Assembly: GCF_947568905.1 (NCBI RefSeq)
Contig: NC_079169.1
Coordinates: 10,354,001 to 10,418,000, forward strand
DNA: 64,000 nt
DNA from: Ostrea edulis
Taxonomy: Eukaryota
Direction of reading: 5' to 3'
The translations under genes and the position numbers were made by a program. The notes beneath the pieces are model-generated. The model was not told where the DNA came from and ran no database searches. It saw nothing but the letters and a program-made list of their open reading frames with translations. Each line of letters begins with the position of its first letter. The stretch's first letter is position 1. This document shows, piece by piece, positions 1 to 11,697 of the stretch.

Positions 1-436
1 AAGCAGATGTGGAAGACTCTGTTGTGTCTTTTATTTCGAGTTCACTGAAATATATATCAAATGGATGGGTGAATGAAAATGAATAATGTTACTAGATAAA
101 ACGTCGTCCATATATGTATGTCAAAATATTGAGTTGAAGATCACAGTATGTTGAAGCTTTAGAATAAATTTTGCCCTGCAAAAATATAAAAAAAAAAAAA
201 AAAAAAAGGTCAGCTAATAAAGGAGCAGAATTCGTGCCCATGGGCATTCCAACAGACTGTTGGAATACCTGATCACCAAAGACTACGAAGATATTGTCAA
301 TGAGGACCTCTAACATCTTTTTGATATCAACTTTATTTGTGGAAAAAATCATAGCGGTGCTTAACAAAGTTATTTTTGAATGACTGATCACAAGGTCTGA
401 ACATTTCATTTTTCCATTCTTATTGTGGGATGTCAA
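1..436 (-). mobile_element. Penelope-like retroelement RT fragment (degenerate, runs off window edge)
   Basis: ORF 92-436 contains MLEVLIDNIFVVFGDQVFQQSVGMPMGTNSAPLLADLF, the same RT segment as 18162-18419; disrupted by a poly-A/T run. Confidence 0.85.
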
Positions 437-891
437 AAAGTCTAGCCTTTAATTTATCGTGAGGAATGGCCGTGTTAAGTGTTGAAAAGTCGTACGTTTT
501 CATGTTGTTGAATTGAGAAAAGTTTTTTTAATTCCAAATCTACGAAAAATTCTTTGGAAAATCATTTTGAGTTAAGAAAGAAATATTTTATATTTTATAT
601 TGCATACATGATTAATTCATTTTTGATTGATTATGTGGTGCTACTGAGTTTCACTGACAAAGTGTTTTTCATGTTACAAAAGTTTTAAATTCGGTTTGGT
701 TGGTAAATTTGATGAGAAAATTGAGTTTTACTTTAATGGTGATGTGAAATGACGGGAATAATTTTGTTAAGAGTGTCCATTTGTATCACACGTCAAACAA
801 TGTAAAAATAACATTTATCATATATTAATGTTAGACGAGGTGAAGGTACAAAAGAAAAACATATAGTTGGTTTAATAAACAGAATATATGC

Positions 892-1001
892 ATGTATCGA
901 TATATACAACTAAACTATAGACATGTATCGATATACAACTTGAATATATACATGTATCTATATACAACTAGAATATATGCATGTATCAATATACAACTAG
1001 A

Positions 1002-1044
<43 letters not shown>

Positions 1045-1105
1045 TGTATCTATATACACATAGAATATATACATGTATTTATATACAACTAGAATATATA
1101 CAACT
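892..1105. repeat. ~20-bp AT-rich minisatellite (atatacaactagaatatat..) with embedded (TA)n
   Basis: Recurrent 'tatatacaactaga' units and a (TA)n run at ~1003-1040. Confidence 0.8.
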
Positions 1106-1214
1106 AAATTGATTTTATTTTTAAATTGACATTAACTGGTTACCTCTTTCATAAAGATTTCTTTATGATGTTGTTCGAAATGCAGCAGTTTTAAAATAGT
1201 TACAGTGTGCTTAC

Positions 1215-1263
1215 CGTGACATGACGTGAAACCAATAAACAACAAAACGGAAAGGAGCTTCAT
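1215..1263 (-). CDS. Probable first coding exon of a secreted protein (gene continues left of the window)
   Basis: ATG at 1263-1261 encodes MKLLSVLLFIGFTSCH(G), a signal-peptide-like hydrophobic stretch, ending at a strong G|gtaagc donor (1214). No downstream exon identified in 1-1200. Confidence 0.5.
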
Positions 1264-1924
1264 GTTCGTCTGAAGAATGGAAGAATGGAAGCTCTCCACT
1301 TTTGGTGTTATCAATATATTACGCTATCTTTACCTATTCTGCTTCAAGTAATCTCTAGCCTACACACGTAGTAAAGACATGAGGCACATTTCATACTTTA
1401 CAATTTCACCTAAACCCCGATCGTTTTAAACAATTATTAATAAAAGGAAGCACAGACCTAGGATTTCCGCAATTGCCTAAGTTGTACTCATTTCAAGTTT
1501 TAAAATCATTTAGTCTTCATCAGCTCTAACATTGACTGACAAACCACTAGGATCCTATGTATCAATGTGAGAGTGGAACAGGACACCAGATTTGGATTTC
1601 TTGATAAATTCCTCAGGCTTAGATTTGATATTTATTTTATTTCATCAGTCAAAATTTGTTTAAAATCCCAGATTTAAGTCCAAATTTCGACCTCAGATTT
1701 TTTCCTCAGAAATCCAGGCGAGAGTTTAAATCGAGCTTGTTTACTCACGATCACGAGGGCGTTGAAATGTTTGGAACAAATCTGACTCGGATTGTTTAAC
1801 CTTCTTAAAACTAACGGCTTAAATAAATTGACAGAGACTTAATTGATGATACTATATACTTAAATAACAAGAGCGTAAGAGAGGGGAACAATTCAGACAC
1901 GTGTTCCTGCTCTTTTAAGAGAAA

Positions 1925-3100
1925 AATCATATCTTGCATCTCAAAGGTGAAGATAACGAATAGCGATCAATCTCATAACCCCTACAAGCAACACAAAATA
2001 GAGAGCTGGGCAAACACGGACCACTGGACACTCTAAAGGTGGGACCATGTGCCTAGAAGAAGTAAGCATTCCCTGTCGACCGGTCACACTCGCCGTGAGC
2101 CCTAGATCTTAATCAGGTAAAGTCATCAGACAACATTTAACCCAATGATAGGTTATTTTTGCAAACTAGACCATTATAACAACCATAGAATTTGCGAAAT
2201 GTTGACTATAAATACGACTGTTGAATCCCCTTTAACATGAACTTGTTTATTATTAGCCTGTCTCGATTTAAAAACCGATCTTCCATATCGAATCAGTTGA
2301 GAGATCTAAACACCATATGCAGGTGATAATGGAATGTTGCTACATAAATATGGGAAGTTGACGATGGAGAAGCTGACATCATCCCGTTTGTTATAAAGTT
2401 GAGCTGTTAGTTTGCCGTTAATATCCATTTTAAATAAAACATCTAAGTACGAAGCAGATGTGGAGGACTCTGTGGTGTCTTTTATATCCAGTTCACAGGG
2501 ATATATCAAACCAACATATGAATGAAAATGATTATTGTTAAGCAATAAAACGTCGATATATTTAAATGTCGTGTTGAAGGCCACAGCAAGTGATATTTTC
2601 TTCTCATGTAGAATCTTTTGAATAAATTCTGCTTCATAGGAATAAAAACTGGTCAGCCAACAAAGAAAATAAATTCGTGCCCATGGTAATTCCAACGGAC
2701 TGTTGTCCCAGGGGGATCCGAGTTAGAATAGATCCTCGGTAGCCCTTGCTTGTCGTAAGAGGCGACTAAATGGGGCGGTCTTTCGGATGAGATCTTATAA
2801 ACCGAGGCCCCGTGTCACAGCAGTTGTGGCACGATAAAGATCCTTCCCTGATGAATGGCCATAAGCGCCGAGCATAGGCCTTAATTTTGCAACCCTTCAT
2901 CGGCAGTGGTGACGTCTCCATATGAGAGAAATATTCTCGAGCGGAACGTTAAACAATACAAATCAATAAATCAACCAACCAACAGACTGTTAGAATCCCT
3001 GTTGACCAAATACTACGAAGATATTGTCAATGAGGAACTCCAGCATAATTTTATTTCAACTTCAGAGTACTTGTGCGTGAAATCAGAGTGTTGTTTTTTG
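1925..3100 (-). mobile_element. Penelope-like element: RT remnant plus 3' terminal region, interrupted by a SINE
   Basis: ORF 2306-2695 has YSYEAEFIQK..FNTTFKYID..YPCELDIKDTTES..YLDV..KRDD..VNFPYLCSNIPLSPAYGV; 1930-2280 matches the 3' region at 19100-19349 in reverse; RT homology resumes at 2979. Confidence 0.85.
2705..2978 (+). mobile_element. SINE with target-site duplication
   Basis: Flanked by ccaacggactgtt (2692-2704) and ccaacagactgtt (2979-2991); ends in a (caat/caac)-type tail; a reverse copy of its 3' part is at ~62515-62712. Confidence 0.8.
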
Positions 3101-3699
3101 ATAACCGATCACTAGATATGAATATTTTCGTTTTCATTGTTGTTGTAACAGTCTATAGATTCTCTATCTCAAGAGTTATTCTTACAGGTTCTCTTCTTTT
3201 TATCGGGATAGAAAATCTCAACATATAGAACCTGTCAACGCAAATCCTGTAAGCTTGAATGTCGGAATAGAGAATCTCTACGTGTAATTATCGAGATTAA
3301 CAAGCAATATTAACAATGTAAAGATAATAATGATAATGTAAAGATAACGGGTATGACTAACGATGTAATGATAACAAATAACACCAATAATGAAATTAGA
3401 AATCACAAAGTTTCGAATTCAAAGCTAGCTTTGAAGTGTCAACATTCTTAACCACTTTTTGTAATTGAAAATAAGTACGTCAAATGCGAGATCGATATTA
3501 GTGATGATGTTATGAAGGAGAAAGTTGGACAAGGAAGTCGAATTTTGAAATCAGAATTGTCCATACAAATACCTGTATGTAAGGCAGAACCAATAGAATG
3601 TTTTGTTTATCTCAGAACCGTGCATACCTTTACAAATCCCTAGAGTTTACAAATTAGCAAATCTCCAGTCACGAAACACACAAAAAAATCTTGTATCAG

Positions 3700-3705
3700 T
3701 TTATT
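3700..3705 (-). promoter_or_regulatory. Candidate polyadenylation signal (AATAAA) of the glucanase gene
   Basis: tttatt on the plus strand, 8 nt past the stop codon. Confidence 0.4.
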
Positions 3706-3712
3706 ATTTTAG

Positions 3713-4117
3713 TTAGTATTGAATGAGCTCCACATAATCGATTAACATTGCTACATCATCGCCATGCCATGTTTTCAGCCAATCGCCTCGGTGCTCCCAG
3801 AAGTCCCTCATGGGGTGTGGAGAATTGTTTCGCCAGGGCTTTGGTACGTCGAATTGGCCATCACTGAAGAACCCACCAGTCCCTCCAACAGCGACGTTCA
3901 GAATGAGATGGAACTATGACAGAAACGTCACATGATTAGGTTTAATGATGACGTTTGATATTAAATTTCGAGCCTTCAAAGCATATTATGAAACAATGGT
4001 GATGTCCTTTATGTAATCTAATATTGTAGAGGGTGTTCGTAACAAAAATGACATATGCCTATAAGATGAATCCCCCCATTTGGCTAAATATCTGGAAAGG
4101 AGAGTATATATCTATCA

Positions 4118-4183
<66 letters not shown>

Positions 4184-7100
4184 CGAAGTGATGAGATGAT
4201 TTTGGTACTTTAGAGACAAATAAGAGAGAGGTAGCGGTAATTTACAGACTTAGATAATATCTAAGGACTTCATACAAGAGAATGGTTTTCTGATATATGT
4301 GATCAAACACTGAAGAGAAAATATTACTTAACTTAGCATATTCTACAGGTTTGTAAGAGGATATTGTAGAGAACGATGAGGAAATATTCTACAGGCTCAT
4401 GGTTTGATAATGTAAAACTTATACGGTACCAATTTTGATGCACCAGATGCGCATTTCGACAAATAATGTCTCTTCAGTGATGCTCAACCGAAATGTTTGA
4501 ATTCCGAAATAACTCTGAAGTAATAGAGCTAAATATAGCCAAAAACAGCGTGCCAAAAAAGTGGAGCCAAATTCGTCCAAGGATAAGAGCTATGCATGAG
4601 GGAGATAATCCTTAATTTTGAAATGAATTTCTAAATTTTATAACAGCAATAATGTGATACTGTACGTGAGTGAATACTTGACCGATAAATATTTTACAGG
4701 TTCTTTGGTGATTATTGGCTGTTTAATGGATACTTTACAAGTTGTTCAATGAATATTTTACATATTGTTCAGTGAATACTTTACTCGCTGTTTAATGAAT
4801 ATTTTACAACTGTATCGTGAATAACGGTACTTTACATGCTGTGCAGTGAATATTTCATAGACTATTTCGTGAATAGTTTACACATGATAGTGAATATAAA
4901 TGTTCTTTACATGTTGTTTAGTGAACACTTTACACATTGTTTGGTGAATATTTTACAGGCTATTAAGTGGATATTTACAGGGTGTTAAGAGAATACTTTA
5001 CAGGTTGTTAAGTGAATATTTACATACTTTACAGATTTTTAATTTTAAATTAATACTTGACAGGTTGTTAAGTGAATACTTGACAGGTTTTTAAGTGAAT
5101 ACTTGACAGGTTGTTAAGTGAATACTTGACAGGTTGTTAAGTGAATACTTGACAGGCTGTTAAGTGAATACTTGACAGGTTGTTAAGTGAATACTTGACA
5201 GGTTGTTAAGTGAATACTTGACAGGTTGTTAAGTGAATACTTGACAGGTTATTAAGTGAATACTTGACAGGTTGTTAAGTGAATACTTGACAGATTGTTA
5301 AGTGAATACTTGACAGGTTGTTAAGTGAATACTTGACAGGTTGTTAAGTGAATACTTGACAGGTTGTTAAGTGAATACTTGACAGGTTGTTAAGTGAATA
5401 CTTTACAGGTTGTTAAGTGAATACTTTACAGGTTGTTAAGTGAATACTTTACAGGTTATTAAGTGAATGCTTGACAGGTTGTTACGTGAATACTTGACAG
5501 GTTGTTAAGTGAATACTTTACAGGTTGTTAAGTGAATACTTTACATGTTATCAAGTTAATACTTTACAGGTTGTTACGTGAATACTTGACAGGTTATCAA
5601 GTGAATACTTTACAGGTTGTTAAATGAATACTTGACAGGTTGTTAAGTGAATACTTTACAGGTTATTAAGTGAATACTTTACAGGTTGTTAAGTGAATAC
5701 TTTACAGGTTGTTAAGTGAATACTTGACAGGTTGTTAAGTGAATACTGGACAGGTTGTTAAGTAAATACTTGACAGGTTGTTAAGTGAATACTTGACAGA
5801 TTGTTAAGTGAATACTTGACAGGTTGTTAAGTGAATACTTGACAGGTTGTTAAGTGAATACTTTACAGGCTGATCAAAAGGAGCATTATGAGGTCCGTAT
5901 CTCCACGGGTCCTCGATATTGTGGTAGGGACAATAGTTGTACATTCCATTCCATGGAGTGCTCAGTCTGTAGATTTCCTGGTCATCAACCAAGATGCTGA
6001 AACAGTTTGCTTTGTTTAATCTCTAAAAGAGTAAACTAATGGTAAAGAGATGGTTTATAAGGTTTCAAGTTTTACTAAAGACTCTTTGATTTCATTAGTA
6101 ATCAAACAATATCGTAGACATAATTGCCCTGATATGCGTTACAAGAGCTATAAGTGTTTATAACGTTATAATTGCAATTGATAACATACATAAGACGATC
6201 TATAAGTGTTCATAACGTTATAATTGCAATTGATAACATACATAAGACGATCTTTGTTCCAATCCAAAGAGTAGGTATGCCACCCGTGCCAGCCATCTGG
6301 TTGGTTTAAATACCTGTAAAAGTTCGGAATTCATTAATACCGCAGAACAAAAATGTACGTAGCAAAAAATAGTTTTTAAATGATTATATATATGACTAAT
6401 TGTTAAAGCTTTATACATTATCTTTTGTTTTGACTTAGAGCTAATGAGATATTTTGCTCAGCTGTCTATGAATGCTACACTTGGGCTACAACTGACTTTT
6501 CACCATGTGTCTTCTGGAAACAGTTGTGTCCGGCATCAGGGCCCCAGTGAAGTGTAGAAGCAATGGAGCGAATCCCACGATCAGATCCCCATTCATTGGT
6601 CCAGGCATTCCCTTCATGTAACACAAGATTCGTGTATTTAAAGCATAAATTTCACTTTAAAAAAATTAATTTATTTCTTATATATACATTTTACTTTCAT
6701 TGTTGTCGAAATTTCTAGCTGTTAAAGTAGGCATACTATATTTATGAAGATTCAAACGCGGATTGTTTACAACTGCATCGATTAATTCAGGAAGAAATGA
6801 TTATTATTAAAAACTGGTAAAGATATAAAAGGCAAACACAGATAAAACTGATTGTTCTGTTTAATATTACGAAAACTATTAAGGATACACGTACCTTTAG
6901 TCTCCATAAGATCTATCTCTCCAGAACGAGGCCAACCTCCATAGTGGTTATCACGTGGCAATAACCATATAGCTGGATTGAATGGTCATAGAACAATTTT
7001 ACACTAATAAGATGGCAATATTACAAAATATCATTTCATATTATCTCAGTTCAATGAAGATCAGAACTGACCTGGCCAGAGCCATGCGCCTTTTGGAACC

Positions 7101-10100
7101 TTTGCTCTCACATTGACCTTTCCGTAGGTGATAGCAGCGTTGGTGGTTACTTTTCCGGACATTATGGGTGGAAGGATTTCCTGTCCGTAAGATGACTTAT
7201 AACAGCCGTTGTTGACGTTATTTGTACAGGAATGCCATAGGTCTAAATGTGATGCAAACGTTTGATAATCAAGGACCTTTGACAATTAGTAATTTGAAAT
7301 TAGAACTTAAGGTAACTCCATGCTCGCAGTTTTATCTGATACAAGTTTAAAAAGTGTATTCATTTCCATTTATTAGAGCTAAAACTAATAAATCATCAAA
7401 TAAAAATTATAGGTCATCGCACTTTTTAAGATGCGAGATATACATAAACAGAATCATATATCACCGTCAGAAAATTGCAGCGTTATCAAAATTTCATAAA
7501 AACTGGTCATGACGATATAATAGCATTCAAAACAATTGTTCCTTCACAAAAATATACAAAATGTCGGTAAAAAATAAAGGAAATCTATCGCATAATAAAC
7601 TTGATAAGATTTAAATGGAGTCATTGCCCTTGGGATTAATATTTTGAAACATATCATTGATTATTCACCTATTACTTAGACTTTTGAAATAGTTTATTTC
7701 TAAAAAGGTTTTTAACAATAACTATAAGAATAGACTCCAACAAAATTTATGTTCCTATCATGCATAAATCTAAATAAATCGTTGATTTTGCAAAATCTGA
7801 TGACATCATAGGACGGTGGAATTACTTTAAACATATCTAGGACCGTATACTCACTTTTCACATCCATGTGACCATTGTAGAGGTTTCCTTCATTGAAACT
7901 ATGATGGTCTACTGTTAATGTCTGCAACAATATATTGTGAACAAATCATAAGCATTTCACATTTCGCGGTGATAATGATTTCTTCACATTTCGCGGTGAT
8001 AACGATTTCTTCACATTTCGTGGTGATAACGATTTCTTCACATTTCGCGGTGATAACGATTTCTTCACATTTCGCGTTGATAACGATTTCTTCACCTTTT
8101 ATTTAGTAATGAACGACAATGAAAGTGTAGTTAAATGTGCAAGCTTCTGTATATAGTACACTGTGTTTAGTTTTAATCTATCTTTTCCCGAAAATCTAAA
8201 GTTAATTTGTACACCAGATGTATACTTACAGGTTTAAGATATAAGTAGCCATTGGCGGTGTGTACGTTCGCTCTCTCGGGGGTATAAACTTGAAATTCTC
8301 CATTCTACAAAGATTGTTTTTTAGTTTCAAAACTACAAATCTATGTACTCCGTGCAACACAATTTAAACTCTATGTAAAAGTGAAACTCAAACATATATA
8401 TCCAAAGTCTCACCCCTCCTCCCCATGCGCTGACCTCCGTGTTGTAACGAGCTGCATCGAAGTCGCCATTAAAATCGTCTCTGAATACCACGGTTTGTCT
8501 AAGACTGCGAAATTGTCCTGGTTCGAATCGCTTTAGTAAGACAGCTGAAAGGCATATACAGAGCTTGGAGTGGAGTATTGGAGGAAACGAGACTCAGAGT
8601 CTAGGTCATCTGGGTATGTATCACGAAGAAGATAGAAATTCCCAGACTGTCGTGTAATATTTGTTATTCATAATGCAGGGATTGATTGATTTCTAACGGA
8701 GTCAACAGTGCTATTAGGTAAAGTGCCACAGGCGCAATTTCATGGGGGTGGAGGTGGTATTTTGTTGAAACTTGAATATACTGGTGGGGGCACCCTCGGA
8801 ATAGTTTGTATCGTATTTTGTTTATTAAAATACAGTATATACAAATATAGTTTGTTTGGGGTTTTTTTAAATCACTTATTAGAAAATACTACATGTAACA
8901 ATGATTTCGGTAGATCTGGATATCTAGTGAAGAATGAATGGAAAACTTATTCGTCAATGCGTAATGCACATTGATGCAATTTTCCGCCCAATCATTTAAT
9001 TGATACATCGATCAACCCAGAAAGTATTGATCAGAGTCTTGTCTGAAAATATAACGTATTTCATGACACACGTGTCGCCGTCGTCACAAACCACGGGTTA
9101 TTGTTTCGTTTGTGGAATGGAATGAAACAATAACCCGTGGTTTGTGGAATGGAATGAAACAATAACCCGTGGTTTGCAATGATGAAGTGTCGCATAATCA
9201 GTTTTTAAATTGAGATTTGATGTTTCCTCGATTGGAAGAAAATGGCGGGAATTCGCGTGTTACATTTGTGATATCGTACATGGTAAATTCAAGATTGCCG
9301 AAATCAGAATTACCTTTGGTTATTTGGTCCATTTCTTGTATTAATATAGATGTATTTCACATTACAGTCATATTTATATCGAAGTATATTCGTAAAACTA
9401 GTTCTTTAAATTTGCGTCAGAAGGCAGTCGGGTTTAGAGCTGTGACATGTCTCTACTAACATTTTTTAATATATAAAACCTAAAATCGGGAACACTGTTT
9501 TGTCATTGACTATGGGAAATGTAAAGAGGAAGGATCTGTATCATGATAAAGTCGACTGTCACATGAAACCTTGGTGTTTAGGGATTCCTCCGAAAAATCC
9601 GCAGCAATTTTCACTTATAATGTCGTAAACTTGGCAACGGAACAGTTGCTATCTATTTTAAGGACTCGGGTATCCTGCGGTCAGGGCCCCCACTTACGTA
9701 TTTGAGATAACGACGTGAGTCTGTAGAGCTATCGACGACACTTGCTACAAAGCAAAACTTTGATAAATGATGAAAATGAATACTTCATTCATATTTTCAT
9801 AAGTAAAATGAATAAAATGCACCATACGATATATCCTCATGATTCCTCAATAAGTCCAAAACAGCGGGGGAAATTTATGTGGAGTTACCTTGGGAGGGGG
9901 TAATATATTTCAACTTTCGAACATCATAAAAAACATTACAGGTCCCTTATTCTGTAGGTTTTTCATATTTGTACTTATTATAACAAAACTAAGCCAAAAA
10001 ATATATATCACCCTTTGCTTCCATTTTGTATTTAATGTTCTAAAAAATTGTTTTTACCTTCTTTTGAAGAGTTCCAATTTTTTTAATTTTATACAGATTT

Positions 10101-11163
10101 TGGACAAAATTTGGGCATGTTTGAAAGTTTCCTTACTGTAGAGTAATTATTGATACTTATTTACCAACATGATGCATCTAGAGATTCTTTAATGAAAGTG
10201 TGAAAAGAGTTCAATTGATTACAGAGGCTCTATACGATACAGCACCCAGTAAACACTAAAAATTTGATCATCTTGACTTCGTTCAGTCTGTAATGTTGCT
10301 ACATTGTATTTTCACATTTTGTACTGAGATTAGTTCGATCTGTTTGTATCAGGCGTCCTTAAGATATACATGTACAAGGGTTGTATGACCAAAGTAAGGT
10401 AAACGAGGACCAACCAACTGATAAGCAGTTAATACTTACCGCAGATCTTAAATAATGGCTGAACAGTTCAGAACGCCAAAAGAAGCCATAGATCCCTTCC
10501 TACATACACGTAATTCTTTCCGGAAGTCCTAATACCAACCTTTACTCCACTCGGATTCCACCAGCATCTCATTTTGGATGACGGACATTTTGTATTCCAG
10601 CATGTCGCCGGTACGGACGTCCGCCTCTTCATCTACAAAATCCCATGTGTCCGTCTCTAAAAGTAGAAAAATCGAAAGCTATTAATAAATCGCCACAAAA
10701 GTAGTAAACAAAAACCGACAAACAAACAGACATACGTGATAAAAAAAAAAAGCTGAATGAATTTCAAATGGAGATGAAATTTTGAACAATTTATACAAAG
10801 TAGACGTGATTTTAAGTGTTTGAATGGACTTACCATCATTATATAGTATATACTTCCGTGGGTGTTTGAATGGACTTACCATCCGTCTTTGCCTTTATTA
10901 CATAGTCCCTGGTTTTACCATTGCGATCCTTCACGGTAAAAATGACGAGAGAAATACCGTCGTCATCTGGAATTAGAAGTTAACTTTATCAGTCATTCAA
11001 AAGTTGTCAATGACAACATAAAACACCCGGGTATGTGACGGATAACATCCTCTCCATTACCTGATACACTCAGCTTCAACCCTGACTTTCCGACAATGGA
11101 AAATTCGGGTGAACTATGACTTAGAGAGAAAGTCAGAAAAACTACAAAGGCACCGAGGATCAT
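3713..11163 (-). CDS. Beta-1,3-glucanase / beta-glucan-binding protein (signal peptide + CBM39-like domain + GH16), ~448 aa; exon 9 carries an apparent frameshift
   Basis: Exons (minus): 11061-11163 MILGAFVVFLTFSLSHS.., 10880-10966 DDGISLVIF.., 10540-10656, 8414-8544 VVFRDDFNG..EVSAWGGG, 8230-8304 NGEFQVYTPE..LYLKP, 7855-7921, 7072-7242 ..YGKVNVRAKVPKGAWLWP, 6895-6972 AIWLLP..YGGWPRSGEIDLME, 6497-6611 STLHWG, 6242-6313 WHTYSLDW, 5867-5996 NAPFDQP, 3713-3913 FHLILNVAVGG..KPW..DFW..IDYVELIQY*. All introns are GT-AG with matching phases; summed CDS is 1347 nt. Exon 9 has two in-frame TGA as assembled. Confidence 0.92.
4123..4182. repeat. (TA)n microsatellite
   Basis: About 28 TA dinucleotides. 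Confidence 0.95.
4412..4650 (-). mobile_element. Interspersed repeat (probable Penelope-type pseudo-LTR) carrying a hammerhead ribozyme, copy 1
   Basis: Near-identical to 15544-15782; contains a hammerhead core on the minus strand. Confidence 0.7.
4440..4483 (-). ncRNA. Minimal type I hammerhead ribozyme
   Basis: Minus strand reads gcatca CTGAAGA gaca-ttatt-tgtc GAA ATGCGCAT C tggtgc. Stem I is gcatca/tggtgc, the core is CUGANGA and GAAA, stem II is gaca/tgtc, stem III is the palindrome ATGCGCAT, and the cleavage triplet is AUC. Confidence 0.85.
4660..5869. repeat. 23-bp minisatellite (ttaagtgaatacttgacaggttg), ~38 clean copies plus a degenerate flank
   Basis: Homogeneous from ~4985 to 5869 and degenerate toward 4660; abuts and includes the donor of glucanase exon 11. 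Confidence 0.95.
6148..6252. repeat. 52-bp tandem duplication spanning a splice donor
   Basis: Two copies of tataagtgtt(t/c)ataacgttataattgcaattgataacatacataagacgatc. Confidence 0.9.
7965..8100. repeat. 27-bp minisatellite, ~5 copies
   Basis: tcacatttcgcggtgataacgatttct units. Confidence 0.9.
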
Positions 11164-11329
11164 GTCTGTATGTGAAGTTTTGGAACAATCATATCTCTCT
11201 ATATAGGAACCAAGTGAAAGGTCTTGATATTCACCTCTCTGATAATTTTTGATAGATAAAGTAAAATTGACACGTGTTTAGTCAATTTTAAATCTATAAC
11301 ATTCAATTAATACATAAAAAACAGAAGTG

Positions 11330-11540
11330 TTTCATACCAATTGTTAAGCCGTTCTTGATACACTGATTTTGACTATGGATCACTCCGTTCATCTAATCAA
11401 GATATAGAGCTCACGGTGGATGTGACATTGGATGCTTACTCCTCCTCGTCACTTGATCCCACCTCTGGTAGTATTTGCTCAACTCTTAATTTTGTATTCC
11501 TTATAGAAGTTATGAGATTGATCACTGTTATCTTCAAATT
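11330..11540 (+). mobile_element. Penelope-like element 3' terminal fragment
   Basis: Similar to 19120-19349 (cataccgattgtt..cactgattttgactac..gatcccacctctgg..gagattgatcactgtt). Confidence 0.75.
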
Positions 11541-11547
11541 TTCGTAG

Positions 11548-11697
11548 TACTTGAAACCAACTTTTATTCACGATGACTTTATATCGAGATTTACCAATGA
11601 TGAGATGGTTCGCGAAGAGAAACACTCGCCATAATGAGGTCTCTCGAACCTCGCGAAAATTTTAGCACGCGAATGAAAAATAAAATTGGTCTACAGT
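11548..11697. mobile_element. Degenerate MITE (TA-flanked, ..ttggtctacag end)
   Basis: aaaccaacttttattc at left and aataaaattggtctacagta at right form imperfect inverted termini. Confidence 0.45.

Noticed and set aside
6499-6537. Selenocysteine readthrough of the two TGA codons
   Set aside because: The GH16-homologous sequence lies in the shifted frame, so indels explain the stops; no SECIS was noticed.
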